From the human T2T-CHM13v2.0 reference genome, Homo sapiens, in the NCBI RefSeq assembly GCF_009914755.1, contig NC_060925.1: DNA of 64,000 bases, one strand, 5' to 3'. The translations under genes were made by a program, and so were the position numbers. The notes under the pieces are model-generated. The model did no database searches and had not been told where the DNA came from. It saw only the letters and a list, made by a program, of their open reading frames with translations. Each line of letters starts with the position of its first letter. The stretch's first letter is position 1. Below, one piece after another: positions 28,340 to 44,589 of the stretch.

Positions 28340-30492
28340 CGAATGGAATTATCGAATGGACTCGAATGGAATCATCGAATGGAATGGAATGGAACAGTCA
28401 ATGAACTCGAATGGAATCATCATTGAATGGAATCGAATGGAATCATCGAGTGGAATCGAATGGAATTATGATCAAATGGAATCGAATGTAATCATCATCA
28501 AATGGAATCAAAAATAACCATCATCAATTGGTATTGAATGGAATTGTCATCAAATGGAATTCAAAGGAATCATCATCAAATGGAACCGAATGGAATCCTC
28601 ATTGAATGGAAATGAAAGGGGTCATCATCTAATGGAATCGCATGGAATCATCATCAAATGGAATCGAATGGAATCATCATCAAATGGAATCTAATGGAAT
28701 CATTGAACAGAATTGAATGGAATCGTCATCGAATGAATTGAATGCAATCATCGAATGGTCTCGAATGGAATCATCTTCTAATGGAAAGGAATGGAATCAT
28801 CGCATAGAATCGAATGGAATTATCATCGAATGGAATCGAATGGTATCAACACCAAACGGAAAAAAACGGAATTATCGAATGGAATCGAAGAGAATCTTCG
28901 AACGGACCCGAATGGAATCATCTAATGGAATGGAATGGAATAATCCATGGACTCGAATGCAATCATCATCAAATGGAATCGAATGGAATCATCGAATGGA
29001 CTCGAATGGAATAATCATTGAACGGAATCGATTGGAATCATCATCGGATGGAAACGAATGGAATCATCATCGAATGGAAATGAAAGGAGTCATCATCTAA
29101 TGGAATTGCATGGAATCATCATAAAATGTAATCGAATGGAATCAACATCAAATGGAATCAAATGGAATCATTGAACGGAATTGAATGGAATCGTCATCGA
29201 ATGAATTGACTGCAATCATCCAATGGTCTCGAATGGAATCATCTTCAAATGGAATGGAATGGAATCATCGCATAGAATCGAATGGAATTATCATCGAATG
29301 GAATCGAATGGAATCAACATCCAACGGAAAAAAACGGAATTATCGAATGGAATCGAAGAGAATCATCGAATGGACCCGAATGGAATCATCTAATGGAATG
29401 GAATGGAATAATCCATGGACTCGAATGCAATCATCATCGAATGGAATCGAATGGAATCATCGAATGGACTCGAATGGAATAATCATTGAACGGAATCGAA
29501 TGGAATCATCATCGGATGGAAATGAATGGAATCATCATCGAATGGAATCGAATAGAATTATGGAATGAAATCCAGTGTGATCATCATCGAATGGACCCGA
29601 ATGGAATCATCATCCAACGGAAGCTAATGGAATCAACATCGAATGAATCAAATGGAAACACCATCGAATTGAAACGAATGGAATTATCATGAAATTGAAA
29701 TGGATGGACTCATCATCGAATGGATTCGAATGGAATCATCGAATAAAATTGATTGAAATCATCATCGAATGGAATCGAATGGTATCATTGAATGGAATCG
29801 AATGGAATCATCATCAGATGGAAATGAATGGAATCGTCATAGAATGGAATCGAATGGATTCATTGAATGGAATCAGATGGAATCATCGAATGGACTGGAA
29901 TGGAATCATTGAATGGACTCGAAAGGGATCATGATTGAATGGAATTGAATGGAATCATCGAATGGTCTCGATTGGAATCATTATCAAATGGAATCGAATG
30001 GAATCACCGAATAGAATCGAATGGAACAATCATCGAATGGACTCAAATGGAATTATCCTCAAATGGAATCGAATGGAATTATCGAATGCAATCGAATGGA
30101 ATTATCGAATGCAATCGAATAGAATCATCGAATGGACTCGAATGGAATCATCGAATGGAATGGAATGGAACAGTCAATGAACTCGAATGGAATCATCATT
30201 GAATGGAATCGAATGGAATCATCGAGTGGAATCGAATGGAATTATGATCAAATGGAATCGAATGTAATCATCATCAAATGGAATCAAAAATAACCATCAT
30301 CAATTGGTATTGAATGGAATTGTCATCAAATGGAATTCAAAGGAATCATCATCAAATGGAACCGAATGGAATCCTCATTGAATGGAAATGAAAGGGGTCA
30401 TCATCTAATGGAATCGCATGGAATCATCATCAAATGGAATCGAATGGAATCATCATCAAATGGAATCTAATGGAATCATTGAACAGAATTGA

Positions 30493-33400
30493 ATGGAATC
30501 GTCATCGAATGAATTGAATGCAATCATCGAATGGTCTCGAATGGAATCATCTTCTAATGGAAAGGTATGGAATCATCGCATAGAATCGAATGGAATTATC
30601 ATCGAATGGAATCGAATGGTATCAACACCAAACGGAAAAAAACGGAATTATCGAATGGAATCGAAGAGAATCTTCGAACGGACCCGAATGGAATCATCTA
30701 ATGGAATGGAATGGAATAATCCATGGACTCGAATGCAATCATCATCAAATGGAATCGAATGGAATCATCGAATGGACTCGAATGGAATAATCATTGAACG
30801 GAATCGATTGGAATCATCATCGGATGGAAACGAATGGAATCATCATCGAATGGAAATGAAAGGAGTCATCATCTAATGGAATTGCATGGAATCATCATAA
30901 AATGTAATCGAATGGAATCAACATCAAATGGAATCAAATGGAATCATTGAACGGAATTGAATGGAATCGTCATCGAATGAATTGACTGCAATCATCCAAT
31001 GGTCTCGAATGGAATCATCTTCAAATGGAATGGAATGGAATCATCGCATAGAATCGAATGGAATTATCATCGAATGGAATCGAATGGAATCAACATCCAA
31101 CGGAAAAAAACGGAATTATCGAATGGAATCGAAGAGAATCATCGAATGGACCCGAATGGAATCATCTAATGGAATGGAATGGAATAATCCATGGACTCGA
31201 ATGCAATCATCATCGAATGGAATCGAATGGAATCATCGAATGGACTCGAATGGAATAATCATTGAACGGAATCGAATGGAATCATCATCGGATGGAAATG
31301 AATGGAATCATCATCGAATGGAATCGAATAGAATTATGGAATGAAATCCAGTGTGATCATCATCGAATGGACCCGAATGGAATCATCATCCAACGGAAGC
31401 TAATGGAATCAACATCGAATGAATCAAATGGAAACACCATCGAATTGAAACGAATGGAATTATCATGAAATTGAAATGGATGGACTCATCATCGAATGGA
31501 TTCGAATGGAATCATCGAATAAAATTGATTGAAATCATCATCGAATGGAATCGAATGGTATCATTGAATGGAATCGAATGGAATCATCATCAGATGGAAA
31601 TGAATGGAATCGTCATAGAATGGAATCGAATGGATTCATTGAATGGAATCAGATGGAATCATCGAATGGACTGGAATGGAATCATTGAATGGACTCGAAA
31701 GGGATCATGATTGAATGGAATTGAATGGAATCATCGAATGGTCTCGATTGGAATCATTATCAAATGGAATCGAATGGAATCACCGAATAGAATCGAATGG
31801 AACAATCATCGAATGGACTCAAATGGAATTATCCTCCAATGGAATCGAATGGAATTATCAAATGCAATCGAATGGAATTATCGAATGCAATCGAATAGAA
31901 TCATCGAATGGACTCGAATGGAATCATCGAATGGAATGGAATGGAACAGTCAATGAACTCGAATGGAATCATCATTGAATGGAATCGAATGGAATCATCG
32001 AGTGGAATCGAATGGAATTATGATCAAATGGAATCGAATGTTATCATCATCAAATGGAATCAAAAATAACCATCATCAATTGGTATTGAATGGAATTGTC
32101 ATCAAATGGAATTCAAAGGAATCATCATCAAATGGAACCGAATGGAATCCTCATTGAATGGAAATGAAAGGGGTCATCATCTAATGGAATCGCATGGAAT
32201 CATCATCAAATGGAATCGAATGGAATCATCATCAAATGGAATCTAATGGAATCATTGAACAGAATTGAATGGAATCGTCATCGAATGAATTGAATGCAAT
32301 CATCGAATGGTCTCGAATGGAATCATCTTCTAATGGAAAGGAATGGAATCATCGCATAGAATCGAATGGAATTATCATCGAATGGAATCGAATGGTATCA
32401 ACACCAAACGGAAAAAAACGGAATTATCGAATGGAATCGAAGAGAATCTTCGAACGGACCCGAATGGAATCATCTAATGGAATGGAATGGAATAATCCAT
32501 GAACTCCAATGCAATCATCATCGAATGGAATCGAATGGAATCATCGAATGGACTCGAATGGAATAATCATTGAACAGAATCGAATGGAATCATCATCGGA
32601 TGGAAACGAATGGAATCATCATCGAATGGAAATGAAAGGAGTCATCATCTAATGGAATTGCATGGAATCATCATAAAATGGAATCGAATGGAATCAACAT
32701 CAAATGGAATCAAATGGAATCATTGAACGGAATTGAATGGAATCGTCATCGAATGAATTGACTGCAATCATCCAATGGTCTCGAATGGAATCATCTTCAA
32801 ATGGAATGGAATGGAATCATCGCATAGAATCGAATGGAATTATCATCGAATGGAATCGAATGGAATCAACATCAAACGGAAAAAAACGGAATTATCGAAT
32901 GGAATCGAAGAGAATCATCGAATGGACCCGAATGGAATCATCTAATGGAATGGAATGGAATAATCGATGGACTCGAATGCAATCATCATCGAATGGAATC
33001 GAATGGAATCATCGAATGGACTCGAATGGAATAATGATTGAACGGAATAGAATGGAATCATCATCGGATGGAAATGAATGGAATCATCATCGAATGGAAT
33101 CGAATAGAATTATGGAATGAAATCCAGTGTGATCATCATCGAATGGACCCGAATGGAATCATCATCCAACGGAAGCTAATGGAATCAACATCGAATGAAT
33201 CGAATGGAAACACCATCAAATTGAAACGAATGGAATTATCATGAAATTGAAATGGATGGACTCATCATCGAATGGATTAATGGAATCATCGAATAAAATT
33301 GATTGAAATCATCATCGAATGGAATCGAATGGTATCATTGAATGGAATCGAAAGGAATCATCATCAGATGGAAATGAATGGAATCGTCATAGAATGGAAT

Positions 33401-36400
33401 CGGATGGATTCATTGAATGGAATCAGATGGAATCATCGAATGGACTGGAATGGAATCATTGAGTGGACTCGAAAGGGATCATGATTGAATGGAATTGAAT
33501 GGAATCATCGAATGGTCTCTATTGGAATCATTATCAAATGGAATCGAATGGAATCACCGAATAGAATCGAATGGAACAATCATCGAATGGACTCAAATGG
33601 AATTATCCTCAAATGGAATCGAATGGAATTATCAAATGCAATCGAATGGAATTATCGAATGCAATCGAATAGAATCATCGAATGGACTCGAATGGAATCA
33701 TCGAATGGAATGGAATGGAACAGTCAATGAACTCGAATGGAATCATCATTGAATGGAATCGAATGGAATCATCGAGTGGAATCGAATGGAATTATGATCA
33801 AATGGAATCGAATGTTATCATCATCAAATGGAATCAAAAATAACCATCATCAATTGATATTGAATGGAATTGTCATCAAATGGAATTCAAAGGAATCATC
33901 ATCAAATGGAACCGAATGGAATCCTCATTGAATGGAAATGAAAGGGGTCATCATCTAATGGAATCGCATGGAATCATCATCAAATGGAATCGAATGGAAT
34001 CATCATCAAATGGAATCTAATGGAATCATTGAACAGAATTGAATGGAATCGTCATCGAATGAATTGAATGCAATCATCGAATGGTCTCAAATGGAATCAT
34101 CTTCTAATGGAAAGGAATGGAATCATCGCATAGAATCGAATGGAATTATCATCGAATGGAATCGAATGGTATCAACACCAAACGGAAAAAAACGGAATTA
34201 TCGAATGGAATCGAAGAGAATCTTCGAACGGACCCGAATGGAATCATCTAATGGAATGGAATGGAATAATCCATGAACTCGAATGCAATCATCATCGAAT
34301 GGAATCGAATGGAATCATCGAATGGACTCGAATGGAATAATCATTGAACAGAATCGAATGGAATCATCATCGGAGGGAAACGAATGGAATCATCATCGAA
34401 TGGAAATGAAAGGAGTCATCATCTAATGGAATTGCATGGAATCATCATAAAATGGAATCGAATGGAATCAACATCAAATGGAATCAAATGGAATCATTGA
34501 ACGGAATTGAATGGAATCGTCATCGAATGAATTGACTGCAATCATCCAATGGTCTCGAATGGAATCATCTTCAAATGGAATGGAATGGAATCATCGCATA
34601 GAATCGAATGGAATTATCATCGAATGGAATCGAATGGAATCAACATCAAACGGAAAAAAACGGAATTATCGAATGGAATCGAAGAGAATCATCGAATGGA
34701 CCCGAATGGAATCATCTAATGGAATGGAATGGAATAATCCATGGACTCGAATGCAATCATCATCGAATGGAATCGAATGGAATCATCGAATGGACTCGAA
34801 TGGAATAATCATTGAACGGAATCGAATGGAATCATCATCGGATGGAAATGAATGGAATCATCATCGAATGGAATCGAATAGAATTATGGAATGAAATCCA
34901 GTGTGATCATCATCGAATGGACCCGAATGGAATCATCATCCAACGGAAGCTAATGGAATCAACATCGAATGAATCGAATGGAAACACCATCAAATTGAAA
35001 CGAATGGAATTATCATGAAATTGAAATGGATGGACTCATCATCGAATGGATTCGAATGGAATCATCGAATAAAATTGAATGAAATCATCATCCAATGGAA
35101 TCGAATGGTATCACTGAATGGAATCGAATGGAATCATCATCAGATGGAAATGAATGGAATCGTCATAGAATGGAATCGAATGGATTCATTGAATGGAATC
35201 AGATGGAATCATCGAATGGACTGGAATGGAATCATTGAATGGACTCGAAAGGGATCATGATTGAATGGAATTGAATGGAATCATCGAATGGTCTCGATTG
35301 GAATCATTATCAAATGGAATCGAATGGAATCACCGAATAGAATCGAATGGAACAATCATCGAATGGACTCAAATGGAATTATCCTCCAATGGAATCGAAT
35401 GGAATTATCGAATGCAATCGAATGGAATTATCGAATGCAATCGAATAGAATCATCGAATGGACTCGAATGGAATCATCGAATGGAATGGAATGGAACAGT
35501 CAATGAACTCGAATGGAATCATCATTGAATGGAATCGAATGGAATCATCGAGTGGAATCGAATGGAATTATGATCAAATGGAATCGAATGTAATCATCAT
35601 CAAATGGAATCAAAAATAACCATCATCAATTGGTATTGAATGGAATTGTCATCAAATGGAATTCAAAGGAATCATCATCAAATGGAACCGAATGGAATCC
35701 TCATTGAATGGAAATGAAAGGGGTCATCATCTAATGGAATCGCATGGAATCATCATCAAATGGAATCGAATGGAATCATCATCAAATGGAATCTAATGGA
35801 ATCATTGAACAGAATTGAATGGAATCGTCATCGAATGAATTGAATGCAATCATCGAATGGTCTCGAATGGAATCATCTTCTAATGGAAAGGAATGGAATC
35901 ATCGCATAGAATCGAATGGAATTATCATCGAATGGAATCGAATGGTATCAACACCAAACGGAAAAAAACGGAATTATCGAATGGAATCGAAGAGAATCTT
36001 CGAACGGACCCGAATGGAATCATCTAATGGAATGGAATGGAATAATCCATGGACTCGAATGCAATCATCATCAAATGGAATCGAATGGAATCATCGAATG
36101 GACTCGAATGGAATAATCATTGAACGGAATCGATTGGAATCATCATCGGATGGAAACGAATGGAATCATCATCGAATGGAAATGAAAGGAGTCATCATCT
36201 AATGGAATTGCATGGAATCATCATAAAATGTAATCGAATGGAATCAACATCAAATGGAATCAAATGGAATCATTGAACGGAATTGAATGGAATCGTCATC
36301 GAATGAATTGACTGCAATCATCCAATGGTCTCGAATGGAATCATCTTCAAATGGAATGGAATGGAATCATCGCATAGAATCGAATGGAATTATCATCGAA

Positions 36401-39400
36401 TGGAATCGAATGGAATCAACATCCAACGGAAAAAAACGGAATTATCGAATGGAATCGAAGAGAATCATCGAATGGACCCGAATGGAATCATCTAATGGAA
36501 TGGAATGGAATAATCCATGGACTCGAATGCAATCATCATCGAATGGAATCGAATGGAATCATCGAATGGACTCGAATGGAATAATCATTGAACGGAATCG
36601 AATGGAATCATCATCGGATGGAAATGAATGGAATCATCATCGAATGGAATCGAATAGAATTATGGAATGAAATCCAGTGTGATCATCATCGAATGGACCC
36701 GAATGGAATCATCATCCAACGGAAGCTAATGGAATCAACATCGAATGAATCAAATGGAAACACCATCGAATTGAAACGAATGGAATTATCATGAAATTGA
36801 AATGGATGGACTCATCATCGAATGGATTCGAATGGAATCATCGAATAAAATTGATTGAAATCATCATCGAATGGAATCGAATGGTATCATTGAATGGAAT
36901 CGAATGGAATCATCATCAGATGGAAATGAATGGAATCGTCATAGAATGGAATCGAATGGATTCATTGAATGGAATCAGATGGAATCATCGAATGGACTGG
37001 AATGGAATCATTGAATGGACTCGAAAGGGATCATGATTGAATGGAATTGAATGGAATCATCGAATGGTCTCGATTGGAATCATTATCAAATGGAATCGAA
37101 TGGAATCACCGAATAGAATCGAATGGAACAATCATCGAATGGACTCAAATGGAATTATCCTCCAATGGAATCGAATGGAATTATCAAATGCAATCGAATG
37201 GAATTATCGAATGCAATCGAATAGAATCATCGAATGGACTCGAATGGAATCATCGAATGGAATGGAATGGAAAAGTCAATGAACTCGAATGGAATCATCA
37301 TTGAATGGAATCGAATGGAATCATCGAGTGGAATCGAATGGAATTATGATCAAATGGAATCGAATGTTATCATCATCAAATGGAATCAAAAATAACCATC
37401 ATCAATTGGTATTGAATGGAATTGTCATCAAATGGAATTCAAAGGAATCATCATCAAATGGAACCGAATGGAATCCTCATTGAATGGAAATGAAAGGGGT
37501 CATCATCTAATGGAATCGCATGGAATCATCATCAAATGGAATCGAATGGAATCATCATCAAATGGAATCTAATGGAATCATTGAACAGAATTGAATGGAA
37601 TCGTCATCGAATGAATTGAATGCAATCATCGAATGGTCTCGAATGGAATCATCTTCTAATGGAAAGGTATGGAATCATCGCATAGAATCGAATGGAATTA
37701 TCATCGAATGGAATCGAATGGTATCAACACCAAACGGAAAAAAACGGAATTATCGAATGGAATCGAAGAGAATCTTCGAACGGACCCGAATGGAATCATC
37801 TAATGGAATGGAATGGAATAATCCATGAACTCGAATGCAATCATCATCGAATGGAATCGAATGGAATCATCGAATGGACTCGAATGGAATAATCATTGAA
37901 CAGAATCGAATGGAATCATCATCGGATGGAAACGAATGGAATCATCATCGAATGGAAATGAAAGGAGTCATCATCTAATGGAATTGCATGGAATCATCAT
38001 AAAATGGAATCGAATGGAATCAACATCAAATGGAATCAAATGGAATCATTGAACAGAATTGAATGGAATCGTCATCGAATGAATTGACTGCAATCATCCG
38101 ATGGTCTCGAATGGAATCATCTTCAAATGGAATGGAATGGAATCATCGCATAGAATCGAATGGAATTATCATCGAATGGAATCGAATGGAATCAACATCA
38201 AACGGAAAAAAACGGAATTATCGAATGGAATCGAAGAGAATCATCGAATGGACCCGAATGGAATCATCTAATGGAATGGAATGGAATAATCGATGGACTC
38301 GAATGCAATCATCATCGAATGGAATCGAATGGAATCATCGAATGGACTCGAATGGAATAATGATTGAACGGAATAGAATGGAATCATCATCGGATGGAAA
38401 TGAATGGAATCATCATCGAATGGAATCGAATAGAATTATGGAATGAAATCCAGTGTGATCATCATCGAATGGACCCGAATGGAATCATCATCCAACGGAA
38501 GCTAATGGAATCAACATCGAATGAATCGAATGGAAACACCATCAAATTGAAACGAATGGAATTATCATGAAATTGAAATGGATGGACTCATCATCGAATG
38601 GATTAATGGAATCATCGAATAAAATTGATTGAAATCATCATCGAATGGAATCGAATGGTATCATTGAATGGAATCGAATGGAATCATCATCAGATGGAAA
38701 TGAATGGAATCGTCATAGAATGGAATCGAATGGATTCATTGAATGGAATCAGATGGAATCATCGAATGGACTGGAATGGAATCATTGAGTGGACTCGAAA
38801 GGGATCATGATTGAATGGAATTGAATGGAATCATCGAATGGTCTCGATTGGAATCATTATCAAATGGAATCGAATGGAATCACCGAATAGAATCGAATGG
38901 AACAATCATCGAATGGACTCAAATGGAATTATCCTCAAATGGAATCGAATGGAATTATCAAATGCAATCGAATGGAATTATCGAATGCAATCGAATAGAA
39001 TCATCGAATGGACTCGAATGGAATCATCGAATGGAATGGAATGGAACAGTCAATGAACTCGAATGGAATCATCATTGAATGGAATCGAATGGAATCATCG
39101 AGTGGAATCGAATGGAATTATGATCAAATGGAATCGAATGTTATCATCATCAAATGGAATCAAAAATAACCATCATCAATTGGTATTGAATGGAATTGTC
39201 ATCAAATGGAATTCAAAGGAATCATCATCAAATGGAACCGAATGGAATCCTCATTGAATGGAAATGAAAGGGGTCATCATCTAATGGAATCGCATGGAAT
39301 CATCATCAAATGGAATCTAATGGAATCATCATCAAATGGAATCTAATGGAATCATTGAACAGAATTGAATGGAATGGTCATCGAATGAATTGAATGCAAT

Positions 39401-41500
39401 CATCAAATGGTCTCGAATGGAATCATCTTCTAATGGAAAGGAATGGAATCATCGCATAGAATCGAATGGAATTATCATCGAATGGAATCGAATGGTATCA
39501 ACACCAAACGGAAAAAAACGGAATTATCGAATGGAATCGAAGAGAATCTTCGAACGGACCCGAATGGAATCATCTAATGGAATGGAATGGAATAATCCAT
39601 GGACTCGAATGCAATCATCATCGAATGGAATCGAATGGAATCATCGAATGGACTCGAATGGAATAATCATTGAACAGAATCGAATGGAATCATCATCGGA
39701 GGGAAACGAATGGAATCATCATCGAATGGAAATGAAAGGAGTCATCATCTAATGGAATTGCATGGAATCATCATAAAATGGAATCGAATGGAATCAACAT
39801 CAAATGGAATCAAATGGAATCATTGAACGGAATTGAATGGAATCGTCATCGAATGAATTGACTGCAATCATCCAATGGTCTCGAATGGAATCATCTTCAA
39901 ATGGAATGGAATGGAATCATCGCATAGAATCGAATGGAATTATCATCGAATGGAATCGAATGGAATCAACATCAAACGGAAAAAAACGGAATTATCGAAT
40001 GGAATCGAAGAGAATCATCGAATGGACCCGAATGGAATCATCTAATGGAATGGAATGGAATAATCGATGGACTCGAATGCAATCATCATCGAATGGAATC
40101 GAATGGAATCATCGAATGGACTCGAATGGAATAATCATTGAACGGAATAGAATGGAATCATCATCGGATGGAAATGAATGGAATCATCATCGAATGGAAT
40201 CGAATAGAATTATGGAATGAAATCCAGTGTGATCATCATCGAATGGACCCGAATGGAATCATCATCCAACGGAAGCTAATGGAATCAACATCGAATGAAT
40301 CGAATGGAAACACCATCAAATTGAAACGAATGGAATTATCATGAAATTGAAATGGATGGACTCATCATCGAATGGATTCGAATGGAATCATCGAATAAAA
40401 TTGATTGAAATCATCATCCAATGGAATCGAATGGTATCACTGAATGGAATCGAATGGAATCATCATCAGATGGAAATGAATGGAATCGTCATAGAATGGA
40501 ATCGAATGGATTCATTGAATGGAATCAGATGGAATCATCGAATGGACTGGAATGGAATCATTGAATGGACTCGAAAGGGATCATGATTGAATGGAATTGA
40601 ATGGAATCATCGAATGGTCTCGATTGGAATCATTATCAAATGGAATCGAATGGAATCACCGAATAGAATCGAATGGAACAATCATCGAATGGACTCAAAT
40701 GGAATTATCCTCCAATGGAATCGAATGGAATTATCAAATGCAATCGAATGGAATTATCGAATGCAATCGAATAGAATGATCGAATGGACTCGAATGGAAT
40801 CATCGAATGGAATGGAATGGAACAGTCAATGAACTCGAATGGAATCATCATTGAATGGAATCGAATGGAATCATCGAGTGGAATCGAATGGAATTATGAT
40901 CAAATGGAATCGAATGTTATCATCATCAAATGGAATCAAAAATAACCATCATCAATTGGTATTGAATGGAATTGTCATCAAATGGAATTCAAAGGAATCA
41001 TCATCAAATGGAACCGAATGGAATCCTCATTGAATGGAAATGAAAGGGGTCATCATCTAATGGAATCGCATGGAATCATCATCAAATGGAATCGAATGGA
41101 ATCATCATCAAATGGAATCTAATGGAATCATTGAACAGAATTGAATGGAATCGTCATCGAATGAATTGAATGCAATCATCGAATGGTCTCGAATGGAATC
41201 ATCTTCTAATGGAAAGGAAAGGAATCATCGCATAGAATCGAATGGAATTATCATCGAATGGAATCGAATGGTATCAACACCAAACGGAAAAAAACGGAAT
41301 TATCGAATGGAATCGAAGAGAATCTTCGAACGGACCCGAATGGAATCATCTAATGGAATGGAATGGAATAATCCATGGACTCGAATGCAATCATCATCAA
41401 ATGGAATCGAATGGAATCATCGAATGGACTCGAATGGAATAATCATTGAACGGAATCGATTGGAATCATCATCGGATGGAAACGAATGGAATCATCATCG
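30493..41500 (+). repeat. Higher-order domain 2: three-unit (e,f,g) repeat of 5,326 bp, about two copies
   Basis: 30493-35819-41145, 32269-37595 and 34043-39369 are all offset by 5326 (=1776+1774+1776). Shared markers: 2-bp deletion ggattaatgg (33278, 38604), ataatgattgaacggaatag, ggagggaaac, tcactgaatgg, cgattggaatcatcatcgg. Confidence 0.85.
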
Positions 41501-44500
41501 AATGGAAATGAAAGGAGTCATCATCTAATGGAATTGCATGGAATCATCATAAAATGGAATCGAATGGAATCAACATCAAATGGAATCAAATGGAATCATT
41601 GAACGGAATTGAATGGAATCGTCATCGAATGAATTGACTGCAATCATCGAATGGTCTCGAATGGAACCATCTTCAAATGGAATGGAATGGAATCATCGCG
41701 TAGAATTGAATGGAATTATCATCGAATGGAATCGAATGGAATCAACATCCAACGGAAAAAAACGGAATTATCGAATGGAATCGAAGAGAATCATCGAATG
41801 GACCCGAATGGAATCATCTAATGGAATGGAATGGAATAATCCATGGACTCGAATGCAATCATCATCGAATGGAATCGAATGGAATCATCGAATGGACTCG
41901 AATGGAATAATCATTGAACGGAATCGAATGGAATCATCATCGGATGGAAATGAATGGAATCATCATCGAATGGAATCGAATAGAATTATGGAATGAAATC
42001 CAGTGTGATCATCATCGAATGGACCCGAATGGAATCATCATCCAACGGAAGCTAATGGAATCAACATCGAATGAATCAAATGGAAACACCATCGAATTGA
42101 AACGAATGGAATTATCATGAAATTGAAATGGATGGACTCATCATCGAATGGATTCGAATGGAATCATCGAATAAAATTGATTGAAATCATCATCGAATGG
42201 AATCGAATGGTATCATTGAATGGAATCGAATGGAATCATCATCAGATGGAAATGAATGGAATCGTCATAGAATGGAATCGAATGGATTCATTGAATGGAA
42301 TCAGATGGAATCATCGAATGGACTGGAATGGAATCATTGAATGGACTCGAAAGGCATCATGATTGAATGGAATTGAATGGAATCATCGAATGGTCTCGAT
42401 TGGAATCATTATCAAATGGAATCGAATGGAATCACCGAATAGAATCGAATGGAACAATCATCGAATGGACTCAAATGGAATTATCCTCAAATGGAATCGA
42501 ATGGAATTATCGAATGCAATCGAATGGAATTATCGAATGCAATCGAATAGAATGATCGAATGGACTCGAATGGAATCATCGAATGGAATGGAATGGAACA
42601 GTCAATGAACTCGAATGGAATCATCATTGAATGGAATCGAATGGAATCATCGAGTGGAATCGAATGGAATTATGATCAAATGGAATCGAATGTTATCATC
42701 ATCAAATGGAATCAAAAATAACCATCATCAATTGGTATTGAATGGAATTGTCATCAAATGGAATTCAAAGGAATCATCATCAAATGGAACCGAATGGAAT
42801 CCTCATTGAATGGAAATGAAAGGGGTCATCATCTAATGGAATCGCATGGAATCATCATCAAATGGAATCTAATGGAATCATCATCAAATGGAATCTAATG
42901 GAATCATTGAACAGAATTGAATGGAATCGTCATCGAATGAATTGAATGCAATCATCGAATGGTCTCGAAAGGAATCATCTTCTAATGGAAAGGAATGGAA
43001 TCATCGCATAGAATCGAATGGAATTATCATCGAATGGAATCGAATGGTATCAACACCAAACGGAAAAAAACGGAATTATCGAATGGAATCGAAGAGAATC
43101 TTCGAACGGACCCGAATGGAATCATCTAATGGAATGGAATGGAATAATCCATGGACTCGAATGCAATCATCATCGAATGGAATCGAATGGAATCATCGAA
43201 TGGACTCGAATGGAATAATCATTGAACGGAATCGAATGGAATCATCATCGGATGGAAACGAATGGAATCATCATCGAATGGAAATGAAAGGAGTCATCAT
43301 CTAATGGAATTGCATGGAATCATCATAAAATGGAATCGAATGGAATCAACATCAAATGGAATCAAATGGAATCATTGAACGGAATTGAATGGAATCGTCA
43401 TCGAATGAATTGACTGCAATCATCCAATGGTCTCGAATGGAATCATCTTCAAATGGAATGGAATGGAATCATCGCATAGAATCGAATGGAATTATCATCG
43501 AATGGAATCGAATGGAATCAACATCAAACGGAAAAAAACGGAATTATCGACTGGAATCGAAGAGAATCATCGAATGGACCCGAATGGAATCATCTAATGG
43601 AATGGAATGGAATAATCCATGGACTCGAATGCAATCATCATCGAATGGAATCGAATGGAATCATCGAATGGACTCGAATGGAATAATCATTGAACGGAAT
43701 CGAATGAAATCATCATCGGATGGAAATGAATGGAATCATCATCGAATGGAATCGAATAGAATTATGGAATGAAACCCAGTGTGATCATCATCGAATGGAC
43801 CCGAATGGAATCATCATCCAACGGAAGCTAATGGAATCAACATCGAATGAATCGAATGGAAACACCATCGAATTGAAACGAATGGAATTATCATGAAATT
43901 GAAATGGATGGACTCATCATCGAATGGATTCGAATGGTATCATCGAATAAAATTGATTGAAATCATCATCCAATGGAATCGAATGGTATCATTGAATGGA
44001 ATCGAATGGAATCATCATCAGATGGAAATGAATGGAATCGTCATAGAATGGAATCGAATGGATTCATTGAATGGAATCAGATGGAATCATCGAATGGACT
44101 GGAATGGAATCATTGAATGGACTCGAAAGGGATCATTATTGAATGGAATTGAATGGAATCATCGAATGGTCTCGATTCAATCATTATCAAGTGGAATCGA
44201 ATGGAATCACCGAATAGAATCGAATGGAACAATCATCGAATGGACTCAAATGGAATTATCCTCCAATGGAATCGAATGGAATTATCGAATGCAATCGAAT
44301 GGAATTATCGAATGCAATCGAATAGAATCATCGAATGGACTCGAATGGAATCATCGAATGGAATGGAATGGAACAGTCAATGAACTCGAATGGAATCATC
44401 ATTGAATGGAATCGAATGGAATCGAATGGAATCATCGAGTGGAATCGAATGGAATTATGATCAAATGGAATCGAATGTAATCATCATCAAATGGAATCAA

Positions 44501-44589
44501 AAATAACCATCATCAATTGGTATTGAATGGAATTGTCATCAAATGGAATTCAAAGGAATCATCATCAAAAGGAACCGAATGGAATCCTC

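Noticed and set aside
43893-44405. Longest ORF (170 aa; also 55784 and 61111)
   Set aside because: It is created by a tga-to-tta change and a 1-bp net deletion (cgattcaatc) fusing two satellite frames; there is no coding evidence.
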